Positions 50,001 to 62,413 of a DNA stretch of 64,000 nt are shown here, in pieces. Where the stretch lies: the NCBI GenBank assembly GCA_963662465.1, contig OY759599.1, forward strand, positions 4,992,001 through 5,056,000, read 5' to 3'. Both the position numbers and the translations under genes were made by a program. The stretch comes from Desulfatiglandales bacterium (GTDB lineage: Bacteria; Desulfobacterota; DSM-4660; Desulfatiglandales; Desulfatiglandaceae). The notes under the pieces were generated by a model. The model saw only the letters and a program-made list of their open reading frames with translations. It was not told where the DNA came from and searched no databases. Each line of letters opens with the position of its first letter. Within the stretch, counting starts at the first letter, position 1.

Positions 50001-51178
50001 GTGGTCACATGCCCTTTTTCATCCAGCTTGTTGTAGATGAAAGGTTTGAAAAGTTCCAACGCCATTTTTTTGGGAAGACCGCATTGGTGGAGACGCAAAT
50101 CAGGACCTACAACGATTACCGACCGGCCTGAATAATCCACGCGCTTACCCAGGAGATTCTGTCTGAATCGGCCCTGTTTCCCTTTCAGCATATCACTTAA
50201 AGATTTGAAAGGGCGCTTGTTGGCGCCCGTAACGACTTTGCCCCTTCGACCGTTATCGAATAGGACATCTACGGCCTCTTGAAGCATCCGCTTTTCATTT
50301 CGAACAATGATATCGGGCGCATTAAGTTCCAGAAGCCTTTTCAGGCGATTATTCCGATTAATAACGCGACGATACAGGTCATTTAAATCTGAAGTGGCAA
50401 ACCGCCCACCGTCCAGGGGCACCAGAGGCCTCAAATCAGGCGGCAGAACAGGAACAACATTCAGGATGGTCATTTCAGGGCTGTTCTTTGAATCCCTGAA
50501 AGCATTAATGACTTTCAGGCGTTTGGTAAGCTTCTTTCTTTTTGCCTCTGATTTGGTCGTGGCCATCTCTTCTCTGAGGCTTACGGACAACTCCTCAACA
50601 TTCAAATCCTTCAGCATGGTCTGAATGGCTTCGGCGCCGATCCCGGCCACAAATCGATGGCCAAAATCCTCCCGCGCTTGCTGCAGCTGTTCATCGGACA
50701 GCACTTCACCCTTTGTCAATGGCGTATCTTTCGGATCAACAACAATATGCCCTTCAAAATAGAGAACCCGTTCAAGCTCCTTCAGGGTCATATCCAGTAG
50801 ATTACCGACTTTTGAGGGGAGTGCCTTTAAAAACCAGATATGGGCCACGGGCGCAGCTAAGGTAATATGCCCCATCCTTTCCCTGCGGACTTTGCTTTGA
50901 ATCACCTCGACACCGCACTTCTCACAAACAATGCCCCGGTGCTTCATCCTTTTGTATTTTCCGCAATTACATTCAAAATCCTTTATGGGCCCAAAAATTT
51001 TGGAACAGAAAAGCCCATCCCGTTCCGGCTTAAAAGTTCTGTAATTAATAGTCTCCGGCTTTTTCACCTCACCAAATGACCATTCTAGTATTTTCTCTTT
51101 GGATGCCAGAGAAATTCTGACGGAATTAAAACTGGATGGATCTTTCGGCTTTGTAAAAAAGTTATATAATTCTTCCAA
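47087..51178 (-). CDS. rpoC: RNA polymerase beta' subunit
   Basis: KPETINYRT, zinc ribbon, NADFDGD active site, [12 protein letters not shown]. Confidence 0.99.
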   Translation of the reverse strand: MEELYNFFTKPKDPSSFNSVRISLASKEKILEWSFGEVKKPETINYRTFKPERDGLFCSKIFGPIKDFECNCGKYKRMKHRGIVCEKCGVEVIQSKVRRERMGHITLAAPVAHIWFLKALPSKVGNLLDMTLKELERVLYFEGHIVVDPKDTPLTKGEVLSDEQLQQAREDFGHRFVAGIGAEAIQTMLKDLNVEELSVSLREEMATTKSEAKRKKLTKRLKVINAFRDSKNSPEMTILNVVPVLPPDLRPLVPLDGGRFATSDLNDLYRRVINRNNRLKRLLELNAPDIIVRNEKRMLQEAVDVLFDNGRRGKVVTGANKRPFKSLSDMLKGKQGRFRQNLLGKRVDYSGRSVIVVGPDLRLHQCGLPKKMALELFKPFIYNKLDEKGHVTTIKSAKKMVERETPEVWDSLDEVVREYCIMLNRAPTLHRLGMQAFEPTLIEGKAIQLHPLVCTAFNADFDGDQMAVHIPLSIEAQIEARVLMMSTNNILSPANGDPIIVPSQDIVLGIYYMTRERPSTREKHTKGEGKTFSSPQELRVAYDAGELDLHATIKVRMEGKIWETTTGRVILYEIIPDKSLSFDLVNKIMTKKALRHLINESHRKAGIKATVILADRLKDLGYKYATLSGISIAMKDMVIPANKGTIISEAESEVKKIEDQYVDGLITSGEKYNKVVDIWAQSTENVATEMMKEMAVERIDSPLSGPTDVSSFNAVYMMSDSGARGSKDQMRQLAGMRGLMAKPSGEIIETPITSNFREGLTVLQYFISTHGARKGLADTALKTANSGYLTRRLVDVSQEAIITETDCGTIDGIWVESLLEGGEILQRVGERILGRVASDDIQDPVTGEVLVRANQAINEEEVELVERAGIEKVRIRSVLTCEARRGVCKKCYGRDLAHGHEVNLGEAVGVIAAQSIGEPGTQLTMRTFHIGGTASRRVEQSTVQARNPGEVKFIDLKTVANVSGDLVAMNRNGEMAILGKGGREVERYPIIYGASLKVVDGQNVEPSQVLAEWDPFTIPIVTEVSGVLKFGDIIEDRTMKEKRDTVTGKISRVIVESRDADVRPRISIKDSSGKTADLPGSVKGKGRYQLPVGAVIMVNEGDMVGAGAVLAKIPRETTKTKDITGGLPRVAELFEVRKPKETAIITEIDGMVSFGKNTKGKRKMIVTPDVGDAVTYFVPRGKHVSVLEGDYVRAGEALMDGSADPHDILKIRGLKELAKYLVNEVQEVYRLQGVRINDKHIEVIVRQMVRQVSVTDVGDSGFLLAESVEKWRFQEENNKLIAQGKQPASAESLLLGITKASLNTESFISAASFQETTKVLSEASIAGKVDMLKGLKENVIMGRLIPAGTGLESYRNIEIGVAG

Positions 51179-51217
51179 TGCCTACTCCCCTTTCTCCATT
51201 TTGCGCAACCATTCTAA

Positions 51218-54200
51218 TCAACTATCCTCAAAAAGTTCCATTTCAAGGCCGAGGCTTTGCAGTTCCTTCATCAGGACCTTAAAGGACTCGGGCAGTCCGG
51301 GTTCAAGCGCATTATTTCCCTTGACAATCCTTTCATACATGCGTGTTCGACCCGCCACATCGTCTGACTTTACCGTAAGGAATTCCTGCAACGTATAAGC
51401 CGCCCCATAGGCCTCCATGGCCCACACTTCCATTTCACCCAGGCGTTGTCCACCGAATTGCGCCTTTCCACCCAAAGGTTGTTGCGTAACCAGTGAATAG
51501 GGTCCGATGGAACGTGCATGCAATTTATCATCCACCAAATGATGCAACTTCAAGATATACATAATGCCAACGGTGACATCCTGTTCAAAAGCCTCGCCGG
51601 TACGCCCGTCATAGAGGGTGGCTTGACCGGTTTCCGACAGTCCCGCCTCCGTCAAAAACGCCTTGATCTCATCTTCGGAGGCCCCATCAAATACAGGGGT
51701 TGCCAACGGCACGCCATCCAGCATTAAGGAGGATTCCTTTAACAGTTCCTTATCCGATAAATTCGCAAAAAAAGACTGATATTCATTTTTAGAGAACCAC
51801 CCTTTGAATTTTTCCCTGAGAAGGTTGGCACTGTCAATCTTGCCAAACAGTTCCCTCACTTTCATGCCCAGCCCATAAGAAGCCCATCCCAAATGCGTCT
51901 CAAGGACCTGACCCACATTCATTCGCGACGGCACGCCCAAGGGATTCAATACAATGTCCACCTGAGTGCCATCCGCAAAATACGGCATATCTTCAATGGG
52001 CAGGATTCGGGAGAGAACGCCTTTATTGCCATGACGCCCCGCCATCTTGTCCCCTACGGACAGTTTCCGTTTAACCGCCACATACACTTTGACCATTTTA
52101 ACCACCCCGGGAGCCAATTCATCCCCCAGGTCAAAGTTTTCTATTTTGTTTTCGCAAAGCTTCGTCAAACGTTCAATTTTGGAGGTACACTTTTCAACAA
52201 TTGCCTCGACTCTTTCAATTTCGTCCATGGAGACCTTCACATCCGCCCACGCCAGCGCCTCGATGGGAATAGACTCAATATCCCCTCGCGTCATACTCTC
52301 GGTTGTCTTCAGCAAAACCTCCCCGCTCTTTTTCTCGCAAAGATCCGACTTGAGCGCCTTTCCCTCAAGTATTCCGAATAACTTTTCCTTGGCGCTCCGT
52401 TCCACAACCTCGATTTCATCCCTAAGATCTTTTCTCATCCGCCGCATTTCCTCGGCTTCGATGGCAAGTGTTCGCGCATCCTTTTCTACACCGCCCCGAG
52501 AAAACACCTTGGCATCAATCACGGTCCCCCGCACGCCGGGCGGAACCCGCATGGAGCTATCTTTAACATCCCCGGCTTTATCGCCAAATATGGCCCTCAA
52601 GAGTTTCTCTTCAGGGGAAAGCTGCGTTTCACCTTTCGGCGTAATTTTACCAACCAGAATGTCGCCGGGGTTAATTTCAGCGCCGATCTTCACAATCCCG
52701 CTCTCATCAAGATTTCTCAATGCATCCTCGCCCACATTGGGAATATCCCGGGTGATCTCTTCCTTCCCCAATTTGGTATCGCGAGACAAGATTTCAAATT
52801 CATCGATATGAATCGACGTGTAAACGTCTTCCTTAACAACCCGTTCGCTGATCAAGATAGAGTCTTCGAAATTATACCCTCCCCAGGACATAAATGCGAC
52901 CATCACATTTCGACCCAGAGCAAGCTCCCCTTGTTCCATGGCAGGCCCATCCGCAATAATCTGCCCTTTTTTGACGAATTCTCCTTTTCGCACAATAGGC
53001 TTCTGGGTGTAACAACTGTTCTGATTGGAACGTCTAAACTTTGTTAGTTTGCAGATTTCCACCTCAGGTTCATCGTTTTCAACAGTGTCGGTAAACCGAA
53101 CAACAATTCGAGTCGCATCCACATGTTCAATGACGCCGTCTCTTTTGGCAATGACTGAAATGCCGGAATCTCTCGCCACGAGCTTTTCAACACCGGTTCC
53201 CACCAAAGGGGCCTTGGCTTTCAAAAGGGGAACTGCCTGGCGTTGCATATTGGAACCCATCAGTGCTCTGTTGGCATCATCATGTTCCAAAAAAGGAATC
53301 AGAGAGGCCGAAATGCTCACCAATTGATCAGGCGACACATCCATGTACCTGATCTTCTCCACAGGCACCTTGAAAGCCTCTCCCTCAATTCGAGCGGCCG
53401 CTTCATCGCGAATAAAACGCCCATCATCGTCCAACGGCGCATTCGCCTGAGCGATAGGATAATCCTTTTCATCAAGCGCTGATAAATATTCAAAACTTTC
53501 GGTAGCCCTGTTATCCGATACGCGTCTGTAGGGCGTCTCAATAAACCCGAATTCATTCACCTGCGCATAAGTACTCAAGGAAACAATCAACCCGATATTC
53601 GGGCCTTCAGGAGTCTCAATCGGGCAAATCCTGCCGTAATGCGTCGGGTGTACATCGCGAACCTCAAATCCAGCCCTTTCCCGTGTCAGTCCACCGGGTC
53701 CCAAGGCGCTGAGCCTACGCTTGTGGGTCACTTCCGACAAGGGGTTCGTCTGATCCATGAATTGAGACAACTGGCTCGTGCCAAAAAACTCTTTCACCAC
53801 CGCCGAAACGGGTTTGGAATTGATGAGATCATGCGGCATCAGGGTCTCAACCTCTTGAAGGCTCATTCTCTCCTTAATAGCCCTTTCCATTCTCACCAGA
53901 CCCACACGATATTGATTCTCAAGGAGTTCGCCCACGGCACGCACGCGCCGGTTTCCGAGATTATCGATATCATCAACAACCGCCTCCGAACTTTTTAGCC
54001 TGATAAGTTCCTCAACGGTGGCAAAGATATCTTCCTTTCTCAGTGTTCGCTGCTCCAGGGGGATATCTTCCATATTCAAGCGATAATTAAGTTTAAGCCT
54101 TCCCACACGCGATAGGTCATAGGTATCCAAATTGAAAAACAGATTTTGGAAAAAGGTTTCAGCCACCTCTGACGTCGGGGGACTGCTGGGCCTCATTTTT

Positions 54201-55522
54201 CGATAAATATCAAGAATAGCCTCATCCGGCGTGTTAATTCTGTCCGCCAGCAATGTTTCGCGAATACTGCGACTAATGCCGTGCCCATCCAGAAGAAGGC
54301 ATTCAATATTCGTAACACCTTTTTCCCGAATTAAATCGATTCTTTCCAGAGTAATCGGACTGTTGCCTTCAAGAAGAACTTCACCCGTTTCAGGATCCAC
54401 GAGATCATCGCAAATGACACGGTCGACAATATCTTCAAGCTCAACCGGAATTCGCAGCCTCTTCCGGTCAAGACATTTGACCCGGGAAATCCCTTTTTCA
54501 ACCAGGAGAGCATACCCATCTTTCGAGAGGACAGCTCCTGCCGGAATCAGGATATCTCCGGTTTCGGGGTCCGAGATATCTTCCATCACCAACAATTCAG
54601 AACCCTTTGTAATATCAAAAGGTATCCGTTTTACCATGGGCATTCTGGGTTTTGCCGTTTCATTCGTCCCCAATGCTCTAAGCAAACGTTTTGTAAATTT
54701 AATGCCTTTCTTGGCAAGGACTTCTTCGTTTTCACCAACGATATTCTTCGTAACCCGATCCTGAGCCAAAGTTTCGGGCCTTGCTTCCCGCCAGCCCCCT
54801 GTCTCCCCAATTTCAACCATTTCGGTATCGTAAAAATAATAAAGGAGATCTTTCGCCGTATAACCCAGTGCCTTCAAAAGGATGGTTACCGGAAATTTTC
54901 TTCGCCGATCAATTCGAACATATAAAAAATCCTTGGGATCAAACTCAAAATCCAGCCAGGAGCCCCTGAGTGGAATAATTCTAGCCGAATAAAGCAACTT
55001 TCCACTCGCATGAGTTTTACCCTTGTCATGATCGAAAAAAGCGCCGGGCGAACGATGCAACTGACTCACCACGGCGCGCTCGGTTCCATTAATAATGAAT
55101 GTGCCCCGGTCTGTCATGATGGGGAGAGTGCCAAAATAAATCTCTTGCTCTTTGATGTCCCGAATGCTTTTTGTTTCACTCACGGTATCTGTGTCAAAAA
55201 CGACCAACCGAACCGTAAGTCTGAGGGATGCCTCATAAGTCATCCCTTTGCTAAGGCAGTCTTCTTCACTGTACTTGGCCCCTTCAAAGGCATATTTGAC
55301 GAACTCCAGCGAGGACGTCCCCGCAAAATCATGGATCGGAAAAACACCCATATACGCAGCCTGAAGTCCTACGTCTTCACGATCCTGAAAGGGGATATCC
55401 TTCTGTAAATACCGCTCATAGGACCGCTTTTGCATTGCAATCAGATTGGGGGTTTCTATGATTTTACTGATCTTCCCGAAACTTTTTCTAGCCCGTCTTC
55501 TGACACCATCTATCTTAAACAT
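51218..55522 (-). CDS. rpoB: RNA polymerase beta subunit
   Basis: [34 protein letters not shown]. Confidence 0.99.
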   Translation of the reverse strand: MFKIDGVRRRARKSFGKISKIIETPNLIAMQKRSYERYLQKDIPFQDREDVGLQAAYMGVFPIHDFAGTSSLEFVKYAFEGAKYSEEDCLSKGMTYEASLRLTVRLVVFDTDTVSETKSIRDIKEQEIYFGTLPIMTDRGTFIINGTERAVVSQLHRSPGAFFDHDKGKTHASGKLLYSARIIPLRGSWLDFEFDPKDFLYVRIDRRRKFPVTILLKALGYTAKDLLYYFYDTEMVEIGETGGWREARPETLAQDRVTKNIVGENEEVLAKKGIKFTKRLLRALGTNETAKPRMPMVKRIPFDITKGSELLVMEDISDPETGDILIPAGAVLSKDGYALLVEKGISRVKCLDRKRLRIPVELEDIVDRVICDDLVDPETGEVLLEGNSPITLERIDLIREKGVTNIECLLLDGHGISRSIRETLLADRINTPDEAILDIYRKMRPSSPPTSEVAETFFQNLFFNLDTYDLSRVGRLKLNYRLNMEDIPLEQRTLRKEDIFATVEELIRLKSSEAVVDDIDNLGNRRVRAVGELLENQYRVGLVRMERAIKERMSLQEVETLMPHDLINSKPVSAVVKEFFGTSQLSQFMDQTNPLSEVTHKRRLSALGPGGLTRERAGFEVRDVHPTHYGRICPIETPEGPNIGLIVSLSTYAQVNEFGFIETPYRRVSDNRATESFEYLSALDEKDYPIAQANAPLDDDGRFIRDEAAARIEGEAFKVPVEKIRYMDVSPDQLVSISASLIPFLEHDDANRALMGSNMQRQAVPLLKAKAPLVGTGVEKLVARDSGISVIAKRDGVIEHVDATRIVVRFTDTVENDEPEVEICKLTKFRRSNQNSCYTQKPIVRKGEFVKKGQIIADGPAMEQGELALGRNVMVAFMSWGGYNFEDSILISERVVKEDVYTSIHIDEFEILSRDTKLGKEEITRDIPNVGEDALRNLDESGIVKIGAEINPGDILVGKITPKGETQLSPEEKLLRAIFGDKAGDVKDSSMRVPPGVRGTVIDAKVFSRGGVEKDARTLAIEAEEMRRMRKDLRDEIEVVERSAKEKLFGILEGKALKSDLCEKKSGEVLLKTTESMTRGDIESIPIEALAWADVKVSMDEIERVEAIVEKCTSKIERLTKLCENKIENFDLGDELAPGVVKMVKVYVAVKRKLSVGDKMAGRHGNKGVLSRILPIEDMPYFADGTQVDIVLNPLGVPSRMNVGQVLETHLGWASYGLGMKVRELFGKIDSANLLREKFKGWFSKNEYQSFFANLSDKELLKESSLMLDGVPLATPVFDGASEDEIKAFLTEAGLSETGQATLYDGRTGEAFEQDVTVGIMYILKLHHLVDDKLHARSIGPYSLVTQQPLGGKAQFGGQRLGEMEVWAMEAYGAAYTLQEFLTVKSDDVAGRTRMYERIVKGNNALEPGLPESFKVLMKELQSLGLEMELFEDS

Positions 55523-55648
55523 GGTATCTCCTTATAATCATCCGTTGGTCCCGCGCATTTTAAAAATTCCCATGTTTAAAACAACAAGCGCTAATGGGAA
55601 TATTGTTTTTCAGAACATTTGGCGCCTCTCCCCAGAACCTAGGCCCCG

Positions 55649-56032
55649 CTATTTAATCTCAACTGCCGCGCCGACTTCTTCCAACTGAGTTTTGATCCCT
55701 TCAGCCTCATCTCTCGGAACGCCCTCTTTAACAGGACCCGGCGCGCCATCCACAAGGCCTTTTGCCTCTTTGAGACCCAAACCGGTAATGGAACGCACAA
55801 CTTTAATGACCTGAATCTTTTTATCGCCGATAGCCGTCAAAATAACATCGAACTCCGTCTGTTCGACCTCTTCTTCCACCTGCGCGCCGGGCGCCGCAGC
55901 TGCCATCGCCATCGGCGCGGCAGCGCTGACGCCGAATTTTTCTTCAAGCTCTTTCACAAACTCCGAAAGATCCAAAACCGTCATGTTGGAAATAAATTCT
56001 ACAACATCTTCCTTGCTGATATCAGTAGCCAT
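55649..56032 (-). CDS. rplL: 50S ribosomal protein L7/L12
   Basis: [10 protein letters not shown]...TGLGLKEAK. Confidence 0.98.
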   Translation of the reverse strand: MATDISKEDVVEFISNMTVLDLSEFVKELEEKFGVSAAAPMAMAAAAPGAQVEEEVEQTEFDVILTAIGDKKIQVIKVVRSITGLGLKEAKGLVDGAPGPVKEGVPRDEAEGIKTQLEEVGAAVEIK

Positions 56033-56061
56033 ATTATTACAACCTCCACCTTACTCAAAAA

Positions 56062-56586
56062 TTATTGCGATTCGCTTTTCTTTTCTTCAATGGCCTTTAA
56101 AACATTCATGAATTTGCCAATGATCCCATTCAACACACAGACGAAAGATGTGGGTACCGCCTGCATCACAGACAATGCCTGACCCAGCAACGCATCTCTT
56201 CCAGGCAAAGCCGCCAGTTGTTTTACGCCCGCGGCATCGACTTGTTTACCGGATATCTGACCGCCTTTTATTTCAAGCTGCTTAAATTCTTTAGCAAAAT
56301 CCACCAATGCTTTTGCAGGACCAATCACATCGTCATAGGTTAAAGCAATCGCAGTAGGCCCCTGCATAAGATCTAAAATAAGCTCAGTATCAGTATCTTT
56401 ACTCGCCAGTTTTAAAAGTCTGTTCTTTACAACCTCAACCTCGGCATTCGCCTGCCTGAGATCCCGTCTTAATCGGTTCATGGATTCAACGCCAAGTCCC
56501 TGATAATCCACCAGGTAAGCACCTTGAGCCCTTCCAAGACGTTCATGAAGGTTGTCGACCAATTCTTTTTTTCCCTGTTTATTCAT
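56062..56586 (-). CDS. rplJ: 50S ribosomal protein L10
   Basis: DYQGL....LR..LR.....VVKNRL, GPTAIA; ATG after GAGGAGGT. Confidence 0.96.
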   Translation of the reverse strand: MNKQGKKELVDNLHERLGRAQGAYLVDYQGLGVESMNRLRRDLRQANAEVEVVKNRLLKLASKDTDTELILDLMQGPTAIALTYDDVIGPAKALVDFAKEFKQLEIKGGQISGKQVDAAGVKQLAALPGRDALLGQALSVMQAVPTSFVCVLNGIIGKFMNVLKAIEEKKSESQ

Positions 56587-56660
56587 ATTCACCTCCTCTC
56601 TTGTATGGACAATAATATTGTCAAAGACAAAAGGTGTACACCGCAACACTGCTTTCATCT

Positions 56661-56742
56661 AGTCTCGGCAGGCTTAATTTTAAGCCGCAACGCCTTCAGA
56701 ACGTACTGTCCTTAAACGTAACGGCGCCTACTGTCTTTGACC
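56661..56742 (-). promoter_or_regulatory. L10 leader (autoregulatory RNA)
   Basis: Minus strand AAGACAGTAGG...GGCTTAA..TTAAGCCTGCCGAGAC upstream of rplJ matches the L10-leader pattern. Confidence 0.7.
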
Positions 56743-57028
56743 TTCAGCCGCTCTATAAAAAAGAAGAGCGTTACACTCTATTTTCATTACGCCAAAACAA
56801 TTTGGGATAATGTTTAAAACACAAAAGTGGACGATCTTCTTCATGACAAAGACCATCCACTGTATTACTCTAAAAAATGGAATATATTTTTTTTGAAACC
56901 TAAACTCGCACAGAGAGGATGCCAACCCCGCTAAACCGCTGTAAGGAACTAACGACGCACATCCGAACGGTCGGATCATTGAATTCAGGAGAATGCGAAA
57001 TGATAATGGACAGGTAATATAACGATGT

Positions 57029-57736
57029 CTATCGATTCAACATATCCTTTACATAAACGGGATCAACCTTAATCCCAGGTCCCATAGTCGAAGAAACCGC
57101 AATACTTCTATAATAAGTTCCTTTACTGGCCGGTGGTTTCAATCTCTGAATCGTTTCAACAAAAGAAGCAACATTTTCCACAAGCTTTTCCAAACCGAAG
57201 TCCATTTTGCCAACTGAAGCATGAACAATACCGGTCTTATCTACTTTAAAATCAATTTTTCCAGCCTTAATCTCCGTTACCGCTCTGGCAACATCGAAGG
57301 TAACCGTCCCCAATTTGGCGTTTGGCATCAATCCTCTGGGTCCCAGTACACGCCCAAGCTTTCCAACAGACCCCATCATATCAGGTGTTGCAATGGCCTT
57401 ATCAAACTCAAGCCAGCCACCTTGAATTTTCTCAAGGAGATCGTCCGACCCTGCATAATCAGCGCCGGCATCCATGGCCTCCTTTTCTTTTTCGCCTTTC
57501 GCAAACACCGCTACCCTGACCTCTTTTCCCACGCCATTCGGAAGCGCTACAGTACCTCTAACCATTTGGTCGGCATGCCTTGGATCAACTCCCAGTTTAA
57601 TTGCCAAATCCAGACTCTCATTGAACCTGGCGTAAACGCAATCAATCGAAAGCTGGATCGCTTCTTCAAACGTATATCGCTTCAGCTTATCAATCTTCTG
57701 AACACTTTCCCTGTATTTTTTACCTTTTACGGCCAT
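57029..57736 (-). CDS. rplA: 50S ribosomal protein L1
   Basis: [35 protein letters not shown]. Confidence 0.98.
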   Translation of the reverse strand: MAVKGKKYRESVQKIDKLKRYTFEEAIQLSIDCVYARFNESLDLAIKLGVDPRHADQMVRGTVALPNGVGKEVRVAVFAKGEKEKEAMDAGADYAGSDDLLEKIQGGWLEFDKAIATPDMMGSVGKLGRVLGPRGLMPNAKLGTVTFDVARAVTEIKAGKIDFKVDKTGIVHASVGKMDFGLEKLVENVASFVETIQRLKPPASKGTYYRSIAVSSTMGPGIKVDPVYVKDMLNR

Positions 57737-57766
57737 CACTATCTTCCCCTCATCATTGCACGGATG

Positions 57767-58189
57767 CTAAGACACCGTGATCCCCATACTTCTTGCGGTA
57801 CCCTCAATAATCCTCGCCGCGCCTTCTATATCAATGGCATTTAAGTCTTCCATTTTGGTCCTAGCGATCTCCTCAATCTGTTTCCGCGTAACCGTTCCTA
57901 CCTTGTCGCGATTAGGTTCTGAAGACCCTTTTGCAATTTTTGCGACCTGCTTCAACAGAACGGATGCCGGAGGCGTCTTTGTAATAAAGGAAAAAGACCT
58001 GTCCGCATATATGGTAATGATAACAGGGATTACGGTCCCCGTCTGGTCCTGAGTCCTTGCATTAAATGCCTTACAAAATTCCGCGATATTAACGCCATGC
58101 TGACCCAATGCAGGACCTATGGGCGGTGAAGGATTTGCCTGCCCGCCTTTTACCTGCAATTTAACAGATCCGATGATTTTCTTTGCCAT
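57767..58189 (-). CDS. rplK: 50S ribosomal protein L11
   Basis: [27 protein letters not shown]. Confidence 0.98.
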   Translation of the reverse strand: MAKKIIGSVKLQVKGGQANPSPPIGPALGQHGVNIAEFCKAFNARTQDQTGTVIPVIITIYADRSFSFITKTPPASVLLKQVAKIAKGSSEPNRDKVGTVTRKQIEEIARTKMEDLNAIDIEGAARIIEGTARSMGITVS

Positions 58190-58243
58190 TGTTTAATCCC
58201 TTATATGTTCCTTGCGAATGATGGGGGGCATCGACTGTCTTAA

Positions 58244-58774
58244 TCAAATGGTGGTAACTTGAATAAAATCCAGCTCCACAGGAGTCGGCCGTCCAAAAAT
58301 GGTAATAAGAACTCTTAATTTCTCTTTATCGGGTTTTACTTCGGAAACTGATCCTTGAAAATTGGTAAAAGGACCATCAATCACCCGTACCTCATCTCCC
58401 TCTTCAAAATTGTACCTGGCCTTAGGCCTATTCACACCCTCTTCCATCTGTTGTATGACCCGTTCGGCCTCTTCGGCCGACACCGGCGTGGGATTAACTT
58501 CTCCGCCAACGAACCCCGTTACTTTCGCCGTATTCCGAACCGTATGCCAGGTATCCTGGTTAATATTCATCTCAACCAGGATATAACCAGGATAAAATTT
58601 TCTGGATGTCGTCTTCTTCTGCCCTTTTTTTAATTCAACGACTTGTTCAGTGGGAACCAGTATCCTTCCAAAGCAATCTTCCTGCCCAAAGGATTCGATC
58701 CGTTCTTCCAGGCTTTTTTTAACTTTATCCTCAAACCCGGAATAGGTATGAACAATGTACCATTTTAATTCCAC
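58244..58774 (-). CDS. nusG: transcription termination/antitermination factor NusG
   Basis: WYIVHTYSGFE, FYPGYILV, KOW DGPF..F.G, IFGRPTPVEL. Confidence 0.98.
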   Translation of the reverse strand: MELKWYIVHTYSGFEDKVKKSLEERIESFGQEDCFGRILVPTEQVVELKKGQKKTTSRKFYPGYILVEMNINQDTWHTVRNTAKVTGFVGGEVNPTPVSAEEAERVIQQMEEGVNRPKARYNFEEGDEVRVIDGPFTNFQGSVSEVKPDKEKLRVLITIFGRPTPVELDFIQVTTI

Positions 58775-58844
58775 AAAAACCCCTGATCACCGAAAAAAGT
58801 TCATGTACAGCAGAATCCCCAAAAAAAAACGCTCCAGCAAAAAA

Positions 58845-59231
58845 CTAACCAACCACATGCTTTATAATCTTAATAAGGCCCAAATCTACCAAACCAAGAT
58901 AAAAAGAGACAAGCATCGTCAATACAATAACAACCACCGTAGAAGCAATCAATTCTTTACGGGTAGGCCACTTGACCTTTTTCAGCTCCACCTTGGCTTG
59001 TCGCAAAAACAAACCCACGGTTTTAAACCAATTGGACATACCCCCGCTATCGCCGGATTTTTTTGCTTTTGCTGTTTTCTGAGCAACCCGCCCGGACTTT
59101 GTATCCATCGACGCCCCATTTTTAACGGGGTTCACCAACACAGCCCCTGCACCTATTGTAGCCGCATCTTTCATTTTTTTGTCGGGGCTTTTGTTACTTT
59201 TTGATTTTCGGCTATTCTTTTTCATTCGCAC
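58845..59231 (-). CDS. secE: preprotein translocase SecE with basic N-terminal extension
   Basis: ELKKVKWPTRKE plus a single TM helix; between tRNA-Trp and nusG. Confidence 0.93.
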   Translation of the reverse strand: MRMKKNSRKSKSNKSPDKKMKDAATIGAGAVLVNPVKNGASMDTKSGRVAQKTAKAKKSGDSGGMSNWFKTVGLFLRQAKVELKKVKWPTRKELIASTVVVIVLTMLVSFYLGLVDLGLIKIIKHVVG

Positions 59232-59318
59232 ATGAACTTCCTTAAGCTTCCCCTGAACCGAAAAGGATTGAGAACGCCGTCACTGGATAAAAATTTCTCA
59301 AAAACCTCACAAAAAAAA

Positions 59319-59395
59319 TGGCAGGCCAGGAGGGATTCGAACCCACAACACCCGGATTTGGAGTCCGGTGCTCTAGCCGTTAGAGCTACTGGCCT
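59319..59395 (-). tRNA. tRNA-Trp(CCA)
   Basis: Cloverleaf AGGCCAG...CCGGA CT CCA AA TCCGG...TTCGAAT...CTGGCCTGCCA. Confidence 0.95.
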
Positions 59396-59410
59396 GCATT
59401 CGTCAACAAA

Positions 59411-59560
59411 CTACTTGGTTTCTTTGTGAAGCGTATGGGTCCTGCAATAAGGACAGTACTTTTTAAATCCCAGTTTATCCGGAGTCTTTTTCTTATTTTT
59501 TGTGGTTGTATAATTCCTGTTTTTGCAATGCTCACAGGCCAATGTCGTAATATCACGCAT
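59411..59560 (-). CDS. rpmG: 50S ribosomal protein L33 (Zn-binding type)
   Basis: Hand translation [24 protein letters not shown]...[17 protein letters not shown]. Confidence 0.95.
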   Translation of the reverse strand: MRDITTLACEHCKNRNYTTTKNKKKTPDKLGFKKYCPYCRTHTLHKETK

Positions 59561-59579
59561 CCTGTTAAAGGTCTCCTAA

Positions 59580-60773
59580 TTATTCAATAATTTCGCTGAT
59601 AACGCCGGCGCCGACTGTCCTGCCGCCCTCGCGAATGGCAAAGCGAAGTTCCTTTTCCATGGCAATGGGCGTAATCAAAACAACCTCCATGGACACATTG
59701 TCCCCCGGCATCACCATCTCCACGCCTTCCGGAAGCGTCGTCACGCCGGTCACATCCGTCGTCCTGAAATAAAACTGAGGGCGATATCCATTAAAGAACG
59801 GCGTGTGCCTGCCGCCCTCCTCTTTCGTCAAGATATAGGCTTCCGCTTTAAACTTCGTATGGGGCTTAATGGACCCGGGTTTTGCCACCACCTGTCCACG
59901 TTCCACCTCATCACGTTTTGTACCGCGAATCAAAACACCGATATTGTCGCCCGCCAGACCCTGGTCCAGAATCTTCCGGAACATCTCAACACCGGTACAA
60001 ACCGTTTTCATGGTATCTTTGATGCCGACAATCTCGACTTCGTCGCCCACCTTTACGATGCCCCGTTCCACACGGCCCGTCACGACGGTTCCCCGGCCCG
60101 AAATGCTGAATACGTCTTCAATGGGCATCAAGAACGGTTTATCCGTGTCGCGCACCGGTTCAGGAATGTATTCATCAATGGCATCCATCAATTCAAAGAT
60201 AGCCTTAACATCCTCCGAATCCGATTCTTCCGCTTCCAGGGCCTTCAAGGCGCTCCCCTTGATAATCGGGATATCATCACCAGGAAACTCATACTTGCTC
60301 AGCAGCTCTCGCATCTCAAGCTCAACCAGCTCAATAAGCTCTTCATCGTCCACCATGTCACACTTATTGAGGAAAACCACCATACTGGGAACACCCACCT
60401 GCCGGGCCAGCAATATATGTTCCCGTGTCTGGGGCATGGGGCCGTCGTCTGCGCCAACCACCAAAATAGCGCCGTCCATCTGGGCAGCACCCGTAATCAT
60501 GTTCTTAATGTAGTCCGCATGGCCGGGGCAATCCACATGGGCATAATGACGTTTGTCCGTCTCATACTCAACGTGGGCAGTCGCAATGGTAATACCCCTG
60601 GCCTTTTCCTCAGGCGCTTTATCAATCTGGTCAAAAGGGATAAAAGTCGACATCCCTTTTTTTGCCAGATGCTTCGTGATTGCCGCAGTCAGGGTCGTTT
60701 TGCCATGATCAATATGGCCGATGGTTCCCACGTTTAAATGGGGCTTCGTCCTCTCAAATTTCATTTTGGCCAT
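59580..60773 (-). CDS. tuf: elongation factor Tu (tRNA-operon copy)
   Basis: Near-identical to 44705..45898; one visible amino-acid difference (VKAIF vs VKPIF). Confidence 0.99.
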   Translation of the reverse strand: MAKMKFERTKPHLNVGTIGHIDHGKTTLTAAITKHLAKKGMSTFIPFDQIDKAPEEKARGITIATAHVEYETDKRHYAHVDCPGHADYIKNMITGAAQMDGAILVVGADDGPMPQTREHILLARQVGVPSMVVFLNKCDMVDDEELIELVELEMRELLSKYEFPGDDIPIIKGSALKALEAEESDSEDVKAIFELMDAIDEYIPEPVRDTDKPFLMPIEDVFSISGRGTVVTGRVERGIVKVGDEVEIVGIKDTMKTVCTGVEMFRKILDQGLAGDNIGVLIRGTKRDEVERGQVVAKPGSIKPHTKFKAEAYILTKEEGGRHTPFFNGYRPQFYFRTTDVTGVTTLPEGVEMVMPGDNVSMEVVLITPIAMEKELRFAIREGGRTVGAGVISEIIE

Positions 60774-60869
60774 TTTCATGCCCTCCTAACTGCGTTCCTA
60801 CGCGACATCCATTTGCAAACGCTCTTGCACCGTCAAAATATCCGCCACGATTTACTGCTTATTGAATAA

Positions 60870-60946
60870 TGGAGCCCACGACCGGGATCGAACCGGTGAA
60901 CCTCATCCTTACCAAGGATGCGCTCTACCTACTGAGCTACGTGGGC
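60870..60946 (-). tRNA. tRNA-Thr(GGT)
   Basis: GCCCACG...CATCC TT GGT AA GGATG...TTCGAT...CGTGGGCTCCA. Confidence 0.95.
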
Positions 60947-61030
60947 GTTATCCTACAAAATATAGTGCCTTAACTGCGGCAAAAATGGAGCGTAGCAACA
61001 ACTATCGATAATACTCGCCCCAAGATTCTC

Positions 61031-61107
61031 TGGAGCGGGAAACGGGACTCGAACCCGCGACCCTCAGCTTGGAAGGCTGACGCTCTAGCCAACTGAGCTA
61101 TTCCCGC
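61031..61107 (-). tRNA. tRNA-Gly(TCC)
   Basis: GCGGGAA...TCAGC CT TCC AA GCTGA...TTCGAG...TTCCCGCTCCA. Confidence 0.95.
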
Positions 61108-61218
61108 CAATTTAAACCTTTATAATTACTTCATACTCATATATCACGGAAGACCACACCTCAAACTCGGAAAATCAACGCCTTTCCCCAAAGCACAAAG
61201 ATGTTATTTTTTGGGGGG

Positions 61219-61303
<85 letters not shown>

Positions 61304-61334
61304 ACAATGAATCCCTCTTTCTTTGATCCTGCCG

Positions 61335-61410
61335 TGGAGCCAGCGAAGGGAATCGAACCCCCGACCCACTGATTACAAATCAGTTGCTCTGCCATCTGAG
61401 CTACGCTGGC
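61335..61410 (-). tRNA. tRNA-Thr(TGT)
   Basis: GCCAGCG...ACTGA TT TGT AA TCAGT...TTCGAT...CGCTGGCTCCA. Confidence 0.95.
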
Positions 61411-62067
61411 GAATAATGCTTGCAAACAAATTATCAGTATAATTTCAAGTTCAAAAAACTACAACCCTGATTTAATCCGATTTTCAGGGAATTTTCCGGG
61501 AAAATATGGAATTGAGCCGCAAAAATTCCAATTATCATAGATAATCACGCTTTTTCGTGACATTTCACGATATCAAACGGTTTAACGCTTATGGTACAAG
61601 CTTTTTCTTCCTTCGCACTCGAAGGGATACCAAAAAAACCGCTGCGAAGGCGCCCTATCTGAAGGTTTATGGAAGACCTTTACATTTAATTCAGCGCCAC
61701 CAACACCCAAACAGGAGGAACATAGGGGGAAAACCTTTAACTGTCAATATGTATTTTCATATGGGCTCACGGATCCTGCGTTTTTCGCGTTTGTTTTCTT
61801 TCGTTTATTTAGTTTTGGAGATTTAAAAATTTTCGTTAACCATCAAACATCACACGGTTTTTTTGTGGTCTGTTCCCCTTCGGCGGATGAGCATCTTAAT
61901 TTTGAAACATATACCGCTTATATTTTTAAAATATTCGACAATAAGTGCTTGAACAGTTAATTTGTTTATGGTAGCTTTGCTGTATGTAAGGTTCTGGTTG
62001 GAGTCAAAAAGCGCCGCTCATCGCTTTTTTTTATCAAGTTTTAACAATTAATTGAGGAGGAATTGGA

Positions 62068-62331
62068 ATGGCAGCTTTAGGTGGAGGTTTGGTAGCATTA
62101 TTGCTTGGTATCATTGGAATTATTACTTGGTGGGGCTATTTCGCAAAGGCTCTTTTGGCAGCGGTTCCCGCCATGCTGATTTTGGGAGGCGCCTTGGCCG
62201 CTTACCTGGGATTTGAAGAATTGAAAGACAAAAAAAACACCCCGGAGCCCTTTGATGAAACCAATAGCCTCAAGGGTGAAATTAATACGCTTAAAGAGGA
62301 ACTCACAAAACTGAAAGCAGAAAAGAAGTAG
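62068..62331 (+). CDS. small membrane protein (2 TM helices plus coiled-coil tail)
   Basis: Strong SD (GAGGAGG), two hydrophobic segments, heptad-like C-terminus. Confidence 0.75.
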   Translation: MAALGGGLVALLLGIIGIITWWGYFAKALLAAVPAMLILGGALAAYLGFEELKDKKNTPEPFDETNSLKGEINTLKEELTKLKAEKK

Positions 62332-62359
62332 TATCAACGAATAGCCGGTGGCATGACTC

Positions 62360-62410
62360 AAAAAAAAGGGCTCCTGAATTGAAGGTATTAATCGGGAACC
62401 CTTTTTTTTT
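62360..62410. terminator. bidirectional terminator
   Basis: A8-gggctcctga...tcgggaaccc-T9 between convergent genes. Confidence 0.65.
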
Positions 62411-62413
62411 GTT

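Noticed and set aside
53690..53800. Rifampicin-resistance substitutions in RpoB (and streptomycin-resistance substitutions in RpsL)
   Set aside because: The cluster I sequence [25 protein letters not shown] and RpsL PKKPNSA look wild type.
56760..57020. Possible ncRNA or ORF (56728..56979) in the long rplA-rplJ spacer
   Set aside because: Apart from the L10 leader I could not match a known RNA, and the ORF has no protein-like features.
61430..62060. About 630-bp intergenic region with ORF 61557..61826; possible integration scar next to the tRNA cluster
   Set aside because: No SD or motifs, no tRNA 3'-end duplication and no integrase; consistent with divergent promoter DNA.
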